Positions 7,668-16,097 of a stretch of DNA of 16,997 nucleotides are shown here, piece by piece. The position numbers and the translations under genes were made by a program. The notes under the pieces were generated by a model that made no database searches, was not told where the DNA came from, and saw only the letters and a program-made list of their open reading frames with translations. How positions within the stretch are numbered: position 1 is the first letter of the stretch; every line of letters begins with the position of its first letter. This stretch comes from Longimicrobiales bacterium (GTDB lineage: Bacteria > Gemmatimonadota > Gemmatimonadetes > Longimicrobiales > Gaopeijiaceae), in NCBI GenBank assembly GCA_965198065.1, contig CBDAON010000002.1, forward strand, positions 1-16,997, written 5' to 3'.

Positions 7668-8534
7668 GTGAGGGTCGCGGTCGTGCTGTCCACGTACAAT
7701 CAGCCCGCCTACCTGCGGCTTGCCCTCGAGGGGTACGCGTGTCAGTCGAGGCGCCCCGATCGGGTCCTCGTAGCCGACGACGGTTCGGCCCCCGAGACGG
7801 GCGAGGCGGCGGCGCGGGTGGCCCGGGAGACCGACCTGCCCATCACCCACCTGTGGCATCCGGACCGGGGCTTCCGAAAGACGACCATCCTTAACCGTGC
7901 GCTCGAGGTGGCGGACGAGGACGTCCTGATCTTCTCCGACGGCGACTGCGTCCCGAGACGGGACTTCGTGGAGGGGCACCTCCGCCTGGGCGGCGAGGGG
8001 CGCTTCGTTTCGGGCGGTTACCTGAAGCTCCCAGGAGAGACGTCCGCGTGCGTGACACCCGAGGCGATCCGGGACGGAAGCGGCTTCCGCCCTGATTGGC
8101 TCCGGGCCCGGGGCTGGCAGCCCGGCCGACGGGCCCTGCGCCTCCTTCGTCCGGGGCCCGCCCCCGCGGTGCTCGACGCGCTCACGCCAACGAAGGCTAC
8201 GTGGAACGGGCACAACGCGTCCACGCTCCGCCGGCGTCTGCTGGACGCGAACGGTTTCGACCTCGACATGGCGTACGGCGGCGAGGATCGGGCGCTGGGG
8301 GAACGCCTGGTGAACGCGGGCCTCAGGGGCGTCCAGGCGCGTCACCGTCTGCCGGCGATCCATCTCGATCACGGGAGACCTTACGTGGACGCGGAGGCGC
8401 TAGCGAGGAACCGGGCGATTCGAAGGCGCATCCGGCGAGAGCACGAGACCCGGTCTCGCCGGGGGCTCGCCGAGCTGCCGCCCGACCCGGACTTCGCGGT
8501 GCGCCCGCTCGCCGGCCCGACGGGGCGAGAGTGA
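7668..8534 (+). CDS. GT2 glycosyltransferase with a galactosyltransferase-like (Glyco_transf_7C) C-terminal motif
   Basis: GTG start VRVAVVLSTYNQP, VLVADDGS, GFRKTTILN, LIFSDGDC, WNGHNAS, NGFD...YGGED and HLDH. Confidence 0.88.
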   Translation: MRVAVVLSTYNQPAYLRLALEGYACQSRRPDRVLVADDGSAPETGEAAARVARETDLPITHLWHPDRGFRKTTILNRALEVADEDVLIFSDGDCVPRRDFVEGHLRLGGEGRFVSGGYLKLPGETSACVTPEAIRDGSGFRPDWLRARGWQPGRRALRLLRPGPAPAVLDALTPTKATWNGHNASTLRRRLLDANGFDLDMAYGGEDRALGERLVNAGLRGVQARHRLPAIHLDHGRPYVDAEALARNRAIRRRIRREHETRSRRGLAELPPDPDFAVRPLAGPTGRE

Positions 8535-8577
8535 GCGCCCGCTCGGCTGCGGCCGCGTCCGCGTTCGGACCGTGCTT

Positions 8578-8606
8578 TAAACCTCAGGCTCCGGACTCTC
8601 GTCTCA
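8578..8606 (+). promoter_or_regulatory. Possible ECF-sigma promoter upstream of the DUF4097 gene
   Basis: TAAACC...CGTCTCA, fitting AAC-N17-CGT. Confidence 0.25.
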
Positions 8607-8641
8607 TGTGCATGGGAAGTCCGTGTTGACTGCCGCGCGGG

Positions 8642-9391
8642 TCGAGCGCATCGAGCCCGACGCTGCCTCTCTGGTGGCCCGGGCTCGAGATCGAACGCGA
8701 AGACCGCGGCCGGCAGGAGATCGTCCCCCGCCGGCTGGAGATCCGGGTGCCCCGAGCGGTCCGCCTCAACGCCGAGAGCGTCTCGGGCGCGGTCGATGCT
8801 GCGAGCCTCAGCGGGAGGGTCGAGGCCAGCTCGGTTTCGGGCCGGGTGGAGGTCCGGGGCGATCTGACTCTGGCGGAGTTCGAGTCGGTGAGCGGAGCCG
8901 TGATCTACACGGGGAGCGCCCCGACCGTGGAACTCCAAAGCGTCTCCGGAGACGTGCGCTTCGAGGGCGAGGCGGAGACGGTTCAGCTCGAGTCCCTGAG
9001 CGGGACGGTCTCGATGAACGGGGTGGGGCGGGACATGGAAGCGAGCACGGTGAGCGGCCGGATCGACCTCGCGTTCGCCACGCCCGTTCGAAGCCTGCAG
9101 CTGGAGTCCGTGGCCGGGGACGTGACCTACGTGGGCGGGCTGGTGGCGGGAGGATCGATCGAAGCGGAGAGCTTTTCCGGTGGCGTGGACCTCACGTTCA
9201 CGAGCAGCACGGACGCGCGCTTCGATCTCGAGGTGTTCTCGGGCAACATCTCCGCCGAGGTTCCCGGCATGCGGGATGAAGTCAGCCGGCGCGGGCGGTT
9301 CACGCCCAACGAGTCCCTCACGTTCGTGACCGGCTCCGGGGCCGGCCGGGTGACTGTCGAGTCGTTCTCGGGGAGCATTCGGATCCGCTGA
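8642..9391 (+). pseudogene. DUF4097-family beta-strand repeat (putative adhesin) protein, 5'-truncated or degenerate
   Basis: RLEIRVPRAVRL followed by many (E/S)SVSG/SFSG repeats to TGA 9391. The frame is closed upstream by TGA 8627-8629; no signal peptide or convincing start. Confidence 0.7.
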
Positions 9392-9455
9392 GTGATCGGC
9401 TGGTGGACCGACGTGGGCACTACGCAGCGTTGCTCGAAGGCTGGGACGCTCGCGC

Positions 9456-10627
9456 TCAGAAGTGGGCGTTCACGAACGGGAGAGTGTTGAAGGGGGCCGG
9501 GTTGTTTCCGGCGCGGTTCAGGAGCCCCACCTGAATCCCGTGTAGCTCGTCCGTCCAGTTCACGATCCCGATCGTGAGCCCGATGGAGCCGTCCAGCAGG
9601 TGGAATCCGGCCACGGATAGGCCCCTGAGCTGGCCCGCGTCCACATATCCCACAGCCGCGCTCACTCCGCTGAGCTCCAAGGTCCGAACCCGATAGCCGG
9701 CCAGGGTGAGCCCGTCGATCCGGCTTCCCCCCTCCGCGCTCCCGAGCGTTGCCTGAACGCCCCTGAGCCGCCCTCCGGCCACCACCCCCGCTCCCGCCAC
9801 GTTGAGCCCCTCGAGGTTCTCGCCCGCCACCACGGCGAGGCCCCGCCCACCCGAACGCCACGCGCGCCGGCGGCGGACACGACGGCGAGGCCGCCCAGCT
9901 GGAGACCTGTCATCCCTCCCTGGGAGACGACCGCAAGGCCCCCGACCTGAATCCCTGCCGCCGTTCCCTGCGTGACCACCGCGAGCAGGCCGGCCTGCGC
10001 TCCCGCCATGTTCCCTCCAGAAACCACGGCGAGCCCTGCGGACTGGATTCCCCGGACCTCGCCCTCGGCCACCACGGCCAGACCCGCTCCCTGGATTCCG
10101 CGGACGCTCCCTTGCGACACGACTGCGAGGCCGCCGGCCTGGATTCCCTCAATCCCTCCGCTGCTGACGAGAGCCAGGCCGGAGAGCCCCAGGCCTCGGA
10201 ACGTCCGCGATGTCACCACCGCGAGCGGAGCCACCCCGACCCCGTCGAGCGGGCCCGCCGAGACGACGGCGATGGCGCCCCCGTACAGGCCGCGAAGCCC
10301 GCCGGACTCGCCCACCACCGCGCCACCGATCCCGATCCCCTCGATGCGCCCGGCCGTGGGAGCGAGCCCCAGCGCTATCCCTCGAACGCGGCCACCCACC
10401 GCCCCCCGGGGCCGCCAGAGCGTGAGGTTCACCCCGTTCACCTCGTCGAGGCTTCGGTCGGACCAGTTGATGCGGATCCCGTTCACGCGGGCCACGTGGC
10501 CGATGGCCAGCCCCGTGCGCCCGACCATGAGCCTCACGCCGGCGCCCTCGTCCGGTGCCGCCTGGGGGAGCGCGGCGCGGGGACAGACCAGGAGACTCGC
10601 CAACGGGAGGGCCAGAAGAGCTCTCAC
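9456..10627 (-). CDS. Secreted glycine-rich ~16-aa repeat protein (LA_2272-like surface repeat), frameshifted near 9845
   Basis: GTG 10627 (GTGA coupling), signal peptide, VNGIRINW...VNGVNLTLW, then tandem GIQxGGLAVVSxGx repeats. After a frame change at G-runs (~9841-9852) it continues to HGIQVGLLN...LPFVNAHF. Confidence 0.75.
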
Positions 10628-11282
10628 GGGATTCTTCTGGCGAGACGGGATGCCTCCCGTCGAAAGACAGTGTCGGCCGGAGTGACGATAGGGAGCCTCT
10701 GGGCTGCCTCCAGGTCCTCTGACGCGGCGGCCCAGTCCTGCTGGGCCACGTGCAAGCGTGCCAGATCTACGCGGTAGACCACCATGTCGGGGGCGAGCTC
10801 CACCGCCTGTCTGAGATGGCTCTCTGCGGTTTCCCAGGTGGCCTCGGCCACGGCGGTTCGACCCGCGAGCAGGCGAGCCAGGATCCGGTACACTCGCGGA
10901 AGCGTCAGGACCTCGAGGTAGAGCCGGCCGAGCGCGTCGTGAGCGCCGGCGTGCGACGGATCCCGCGCTAGGATCTCGTGCGCTCCCCGACGCACGGCCT
11001 CGGCGAGTGACGAGGCCTCGAAGGCGCCCGCGCGGAGCGCCCGCCGACCCTGCGACGCGATGATCCAGTATGGTCCTTCCGTTCGGGCCGGGTCGAGCTC
11101 CGCGGCGCGCCGCGCGTAAGCCTCCGCTCGCTTGTACCATTCTTCGTGCGCGCGGCGGCGCTCGGAGAGGAGCCCGAGGGTCGCGGACGTGCTCCGGGCT
11201 CCCCTGGGCCCGCGCGTCGGATCCGATCCCCAGCAGGAGGGTGGCGATGGCCGAGGACGCCCACAAAAATAGAGATGCGCAT
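10624..11282 (-). pseudogene. Secreted TPR-repeat protein with two frame breaks near its 5' end
   Basis: ATG 11282 plus removal of one G near 11250 gives signal peptide MRISIFVGVLAIATLLLGIGSDARA-Q. A second break near 11200 leads to the TPR frame AEAYARRAAELDP...AHDALGRLY...AESHLRQAVELAPD...YRVDLARL, ending at TGA 10624. Confidence 0.7.
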
Positions 11283-11291
11283 GGGCAGTCC

Positions 11292-12353
11292 ATGCTGAGC
11301 AAGCCGTCGGCCGCTGTCAACGCGGGCGTCGGCCCGGCGGGCGCGCGGGCCCCCCGCGTGTCGGTCCTCCTTCCGGCCCGAAACGCCTCCGCGACGGTGG
11401 ATGAGGCAGTCCGCTCCATCCGGAGTCAAACGCTCGCCGACTGGGAGCTCGTTGCCGTTGACGACGGCTCGACGGACCGGACGGCCGAGCTGTTGGCCCG
11501 CCACACGGCCGAGGACGCCCGCGTGAAAGTTGTGCGGATGGAAGGGGCCGGCATGGTGGCGGCACTCGAGGTGGCGCGGGGGCATGCGCGCGCGCCTCTG
11601 CTCGCGAGGATGGACGCAGACGACCGGTCGGCGCCCGAGCGGCTCGAGGCTCAGCTCTCCTTCCTCGCCGACCATCCCGAGGTGGCGCTCTGCGGAGCCC
11701 ACGTTCGGTACTTCCCCCGAAGAGCGGTCCGGGCCGGTGCCAGGCGCTACGAGGCCTGGCTCAACTCGTTGCGCTGCCCAGAGGATCTCGTTCGAGACCT
11801 CTGGATCGAGTGCCCACTGGCCCATCCGTCGTTCGTCATCCGAGCGGACGCCCTGGAGCGGGTGGGCGGATACCGGGATCCGGGCTGGCCGGAGGACTAC
11901 GACCTCGTCCTCCGGCTTTGGGCAGCCGGCGAGGGGCTGGGCGTCGTTCCGAGGGTTCTACTCGACTGGCGGGAGGCGCCGGATCGTCTCTCACGCCGGG
12001 ATTCGCGGTACTCGCCGGCCGCCTTCCGGCGCGCGAAGCTCCACTTCCTCGCTTCGACGCTCCTCAAGGGGCGGGACGGTCTCGTGATCTGGGGGGCTGG
12101 GCCTGTCGGAAAGGCGATCGCCCGCGAGGCGCTCGTGCAGGGCATCCCGGTGCGGGCGTTCGTGGAGCTCGATCCGCGGAAGGTCGGACAGGAGATCCAC
12201 GGCGCTCCGGTGATCTCGCCCGGGGAGGTCGAGCGCGTCCGGGGCGCCCTCGCCCTCGCGGCCGTGGGTCAGCCGGGGGCGAGGACCGAGATCCGGGGAG
12301 CGCTCAGCCGGCTCGGGTGGATCGAGGTAACGGACTTCGTTGCGGTCGCCTGA
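11292..12353 (+). CDS. GT2 glycosyltransferase with a C-terminal Rossmann-like domain; B3GNTL1/QTGAL-like
   Basis: VSVLLPARNA, ELVAVDDGSTD, LARMDADD, RYEAWLNSL, PEDYDL, then IWGAGPVGK...VRAFVELDPRKVG...EVTDF. Confidence 0.88.
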   Translation: MLSKPSAAVNAGVGPAGARAPRVSVLLPARNASATVDEAVRSIRSQTLADWELVAVDDGSTDRTAELLARHTAEDARVKVVRMEGAGMVAALEVARGHARAPLLARMDADDRSAPERLEAQLSFLADHPEVALCGAHVRYFPRRAVRAGARRYEAWLNSLRCPEDLVRDLWIECPLAHPSFVIRADALERVGGYRDPGWPEDYDLVLRLWAAGEGLGVVPRVLLDWREAPDRLSRRDSRYSPAAFRRAKLHFLASTLLKGRDGLVIWGAGPVGKAIAREALVQGIPVRAFVELDPRKVGQEIHGAPVISPGEVERVRGALALAAVGQPGARTEIRGALSRLGWIEVTDFVAVA

Positions 12354-12387
12354 GGTGGCGGATCGCCTCCGAACCGAGCGCGGACGG

Positions 12388-13074
12388 CTACTCGGCGAGA
12401 TTGAGGCCGCCCTGGGCGAGGATACGGATCACGTCGTCCATGGACTCCGCCACGTGGTCGGCCCGCGAGACGACCGGCTCCCGATAACGGACCTCGGTGA
12501 ACGCAATGAACCCCTCCGCCGCTCCCCGCTCCCTCACCTCGAGGTCGGTCGCGCCGTCTCCCACGATCCAGATCGGAGCGCCGTGCGTCCCCAGGGATCG
12601 GACGACGCCGACCTTTCCGCCCCTGGCCATGGGCGTGTCCAGGTCGAGCCCGGTCACCCGGTGCGTCGGGTCGAACCGGAAGCGGTGAGCGTGGAGCTGG
12701 GTTGGGCGGATGCCGAGGGGGCTCAGGGTCGGAAGGATGAGCTCTTCGAAGCCACCGGAGACCACGTGAATGCGGCCGGAGTTCTCCCGAAAGAAGGGCA
12801 GGTGGCGCTCGACGGACGGGGTCAGCCTCCCCTCGATCTCGGCGGCTACCTGGTCGATCATTTCGCGATCGACCCGGAGGAAATCGAGCCTTCGTCGGAG
12901 TGACTCCTCCGCCGAGATCGCGCCCGCCATGCCCAGGTCCGTCACCTCGCGAAAGGCGGCGAGGCGCGCGGCCGACGCGGGATCCCCGCCCGACTCGAGC
13001 GACCGCGCGAAGAGCTCGTCCAGCCCCTCGACCGAAACGAGGGTGCTGTCGAAGTCGAATACGAGGAGGTACAT
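12388..13074 (-). CDS. serB: HAD-IB phosphatase, phosphoserine phosphatase (SerB)-like
   Basis: HAD motifs FDFDSTLV, VVSGGF, GK and VGDGATD; cap signature EGLDEL...T..GM.G.....ESL.RRL. Confidence 0.82.
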   Translation of the reverse strand: MYLLVFDFDSTLVSVEGLDELFARSLESGGDPASAARLAAFREVTDLGMAGAISAEESLRRRLDFLRVDREMIDQVAAEIEGRLTPSVERHLPFFRENSGRIHVVSGGFEELILPTLSPLGIRPTQLHAHRFRFDPTHRVTGLDLDTPMARGGKVGVVRSLGTHGAPIWIVGDGATDLEVRERGAAEGFIAFTEVRYREPVVSRADHVAESMDDVIRILAQGGLNLAE

Positions 13075-13290
13075 GCGGGTCGGGTCCGGGTCGCGGCGGG
13101 CTGGAAGGTGAACAACTTAAGCTAAACGAGTTACAGACGTCGCCGGGGTGGCAGGGCTCGGCGCCGAGCCGTGGGGCCGCTCGGTGCCCGTTCTGGTCGG
13201 CGGCCTGGCGTAGCGGTACCTGGCACCGGGCGATTGTGTGGGGGAGAGCGCTCTAGTATCGTCGATGTCCCGGGCTGTCCATGCGGACGC

Positions 13291-13317
13291 TGAAACTTTG
13301 GCGGCCGGATGACCGTA
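13291..13317 (+). promoter_or_regulatory. ECF-sigma (SigW-like) promoter upstream of the second permease relic
   Basis: TGAAAC (13291-13296), 17 bp, CGTA (13314-13317), followed by hairpin CAACCG-ggtt-CGGTTG (13318-13333) and ATG 13367. Confidence 0.45.
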
Positions 13318-13366
13318 CAACCGGGTTCGGTTGACCCGCGGCGCCCCGTCCGACCCAAGGGAACCC

Positions 13367-14113
13367 ATGGACCTCTGGAAGGACTGTCGTCCTCACGCTC
13401 GTCCTTCTGTCCGGCGCGGCCTTCATGATGAGGAGCTTCCTCTCCCTCTACACGATGGAGACGGGGATCGAGACGGAGAATCTGGTCACGATGCAGCTGT
13501 ACCTGCCGCTGACCCAGTATCCGGATCAAGGGCCGCGAGCCCAGCTCTACGAGGGCTTCTCGGACCGGCTCGCTGCCGCGCCCGAGCTCGAGACGTACGC
13601 GATCTCGACCGCGCTCCCGCTCGGAGGAGGAGGCTCGCGGCCGGTCGAGATCGACGGGAAGCCGCTTCTCGAGGGTGACGCCTCTTCGGTGACCGCGGTC
13701 GTCATGGTGAGCGATGCCTACTTCGAGACGTTCGGGATCGATCTGATCCAGGGTCGGACGTTCAGCCGAGGCGACGGGACACCGGGCTCGCCCGTCGCCA
13801 TCGTGAATCAGCGCTTTGTGGAGCTTCACCTGGACGGGGGCAACGCGCTGGGGCGATCGGTCCGCTCGCCCTCCGCAAGCATGACGATTCCGTCGGACTC
13901 CTGGCTCACAGTCGTTGGTGTCGTTCCGAACATTCGGCAGACGTCGTTGGATGAGCGGGATCAGAACCCCGTCCTCTACCTCCCGCTCCGGGCCGACCCG
14001 GCTCAGAACGACGGTCGTGACTGTGCGTACGCCCGTCGGCCCTGCGAGCGCGACGCCGGTCGTCCAGAACGCCATGGACGGGGTGAACGCCGACATTCCC
14101 TTCTTTAACGTGA
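13367..14113 (+). pseudogene. ADOP-like ABC permease relic: start fused to the second periplasmic (MacB-like) domain, 3'-truncated
   Basis: ATG 13367 MDLWKD is joined out of frame to VVLTLVLLSGAAFMMRSFLSLY...VSDAYFETFGIDLIQGRTFS...VAIVNQRF...TVVGVV...VLYLP. Frameshift near 14003 to TVRTPVGPAS...NADIPFFNV; the terminal TM domain is absent. Confidence 0.8.
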
Positions 14114-14214
14114 GCGGCCGCGTGTGTATTTACGGCTCGGCGGGCCGGGCGCGTAAATCCGGTGGAGGCGCTCAGGATCGAATAGCCACGAGTCGCGGGC
14201 GCGATCCGGCTCCC

Positions 14215-14243
14215 TTGGCCCGCCGGGCGCCAGCGGGTACAAT
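14215..14243 (+). promoter_or_regulatory. Sigma70 promoter of ilvD, leaderless geometry
   Basis: TTGGCC (14215-14220), 17 bp, TACAAT (14238-14243), 6 nt, ATG 14250; no SD. Confidence 0.6.
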
Positions 14244-14249
14244 CCCGCC

Positions 14250-15977
14250 ATGCCGAACCGGACCACACCCGTGGCGCCGAAGCCGAAGGGAGCGGCTCTC
14301 CCCCTCAAGCTGAACCGCACAAGCGCCCGAATCACGGAGCCCAAGTCCCAGGGGGCCTCCCAGGCCATGCTCTACGGGACTGGGCTCACTCCAGACGACC
14401 TCCGAAAGCCACAGGTGGGAATAGCGAGCATGTGGTGGGAGGGGAACACCTGCAACATGCACCTCAACGATCTGGCGGCCCGCGTTCGCGAGGGTGTCGT
14501 GGCGGCGGGCATGGTCGGGATGCGCTTCAACACGGTCGGTGTGTCGGACGGGATCTCGATGGGGACCGAGGGGATGAGCTACTCGCTCCAGTCGAGGGAC
14601 CTGATCGCCGACTCGATCGAGACGGTCATGCGGGCGCAGTGGTACGACGCGAACATCTCGCTTCCCGGTTGCGACAAGAACATGCCCGGATGCGTGATGG
14701 CGATGGCTCGGGTGAACCGACCCTCGATCATGATCTACGGCGGGACGATCCGCGCAGGCCGCAGCCAGGGCCGCGTGCTCGACATCATATCGGCGTTCCA
14801 GAGCTACGGGGAGTTCATCGCGAACCGGATCGACGAGGAGGGCCGGGCCGACATCGTCCGGCACGCGTGCCCCGGAGCAGGGGCGTGCGGGGGGATGTAC
14901 ACGGCAAACACGATCGCGTCCGCGATCGAGGCGCTTGGCATGTCGCTCCCGTACAGCTCCTCCACCCCGGCCGACGACCCCGAGAAGGTCGAGGAGTGCA
15001 TCGCCGCGGGGTCGGCCATCCTGAACTTGCTCGAGCTCGACCTGAAACCGCGGGACATCATGACACGCGAGGCGTTCGAGAACGCGATCACCCTCGTCAT
15101 GGCCCTCGGGGGATCGACGAACGCAGTCCTCCACCTGATCGCGATGGCGCGGGGGGTGGACGTTCCCCTCGAGCTGGACGACTTCCAGGACGTGAGCGAC
15201 CGCGTCCCGTTCCTCGCCGACCTGAAGCCGTCAGGGAAGTACGTCATGGAAGACCTGCACCGGGTGGGGGGCACCCCAGCGGTCCTTCGCTACCTGCTCC
15301 ACGAGGGGTTGATCCACGGCGACTGCCTGACGGTCACCGGCCGGACGATGGCCGAGAACCTGGACGACGTGCCAGGTCTGGCCGACGGCCAGGACGTGAT
15401 CCGTTCGGTGAGGAACCCGCTCAAGGCCACGGGTCACATCCGAATCCTCCGCGGCAACCTGGCCCCGGGGGGAGCCGTCGCGAAGATCACGGGAAAGGAG
15501 GGCGTACAGTTCCGCGGCCCGGCCCGTGTCTATGACTCCGAGGAGGAGATGCTCCAGGCACTCGAGCGCTCGGAGATCCAGCGTGGCGATGTCGTCGTGA
15601 TCCGCTACGAGGGACCGAAGGGCGGGCCCGGCATGCCCGAGATGCTGACCCCGACGTCGGCCATCGTGGGGGCGGGGCTCGGGGGACATGTGGCGCTCCT
15701 CACGGACGGGCGGTTCTCCGGAGGGTCCCACGGGTTCCTGATCGGCCACATCGTTCCCGAGGCGCAGGAGGGAGGACCCATCGCGCTTCTTGAGGACGGC
15801 GATGTCGTCACGATCGACGCGGTCGAGAACACGCTCGCGGTCGAGCTCAAGGACGAGGAGCTGAACCGTCGGCGGCAGGCCTGGTCGATGCCTGCGTACA
15901 AGGCCGACCGGGGCACGCTCCTCCGGTACATCCGCACCGTGAAGGACGCCTCGTACGGCTGCGTCACAGACGAGTAG
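14250..15977 (+). CDS. ilvD: Dihydroxy-acid dehydratase
   Basis: [60 protein letters not shown] and [11 protein letters not shown]; three Fe-S cysteines. Confidence 0.97.
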   Translation: MPNRTTPVAPKPKGAALPLKLNRTSARITEPKSQGASQAMLYGTGLTPDDLRKPQVGIASMWWEGNTCNMHLNDLAARVREGVVAAGMVGMRFNTVGVSDGISMGTEGMSYSLQSRDLIADSIETVMRAQWYDANISLPGCDKNMPGCVMAMARVNRPSIMIYGGTIRAGRSQGRVLDIISAFQSYGEFIANRIDEEGRADIVRHACPGAGACGGMYTANTIASAIEALGMSLPYSSSTPADDPEKVEECIAAGSAILNLLELDLKPRDIMTREAFENAITLVMALGGSTNAVLHLIAMARGVDVPLELDDFQDVSDRVPFLADLKPSGKYVMEDLHRVGGTPAVLRYLLHEGLIHGDCLTVTGRTMAENLDDVPGLADGQDVIRSVRNPLKATGHIRILRGNLAPGGAVAKITGKEGVQFRGPARVYDSEEEMLQALERSEIQRGDVVVIRYEGPKGGPGMPEMLTPTSAIVGAGLGGHVALLTDGRFSGGSHGFLIGHIVPEAQEGGPIALLEDGDVVTIDAVENTLAVELKDEELNRRRQAWSMPAYKADRGTLLRYIRTVKDASYGCVTDE

Positions 15978-16097
15978 GCCGTAGGAGTACGTCGGTCCCG
16001 ACGGCGTGGGACCCCGGACCAAACAAGCGCCGTACCCCCGTCACGCTCCCCCCTCGTGGATCGTTCTCCTGTCGGACTCTTCGACCGGAGACACGTC

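Noticed and set aside
7540..7671. Small hydrophobic ORF ending in GTGA at the GT2 start
   Set aside because: No clear RBS or recognisable family, and it occupies the divergent promoter region; cannot be supported.
9830..10330. ~48-bp periodic DNA repeats as a CRISPR array or VNTR
   Set aside because: Degenerate at synonymous positions and explained by the 16-aa protein repeat; no identical repeats with unique spacers and no cas genes.
9662..11419. 585-aa ORF as one protein
   Set aside because: It is a chimera of part of the TPR signal peptide, an off-frame TPR region and the true repeat protein starting at GTG 10627.
15990..16013. Hairpins after ilvD as an intrinsic terminator
   Set aside because: Short alternative stems (CGTCGG/CCGACG, GGTCCC/GGGACC) with no U-tract; such stems are common by chance at this GC content.
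607..16022. Long antisense or alternate-frame ORFs (607..1794, 3519..4664, 4992..6665, 5969..6934, 10968..11825, 14172..15134, 14432..15535, 15231..16022 and others)
   Set aside because: Shadow ORFs expected in high-GC DNA; Arg/Pro/Gly-rich, without motifs, and overlapping well-supported genes.
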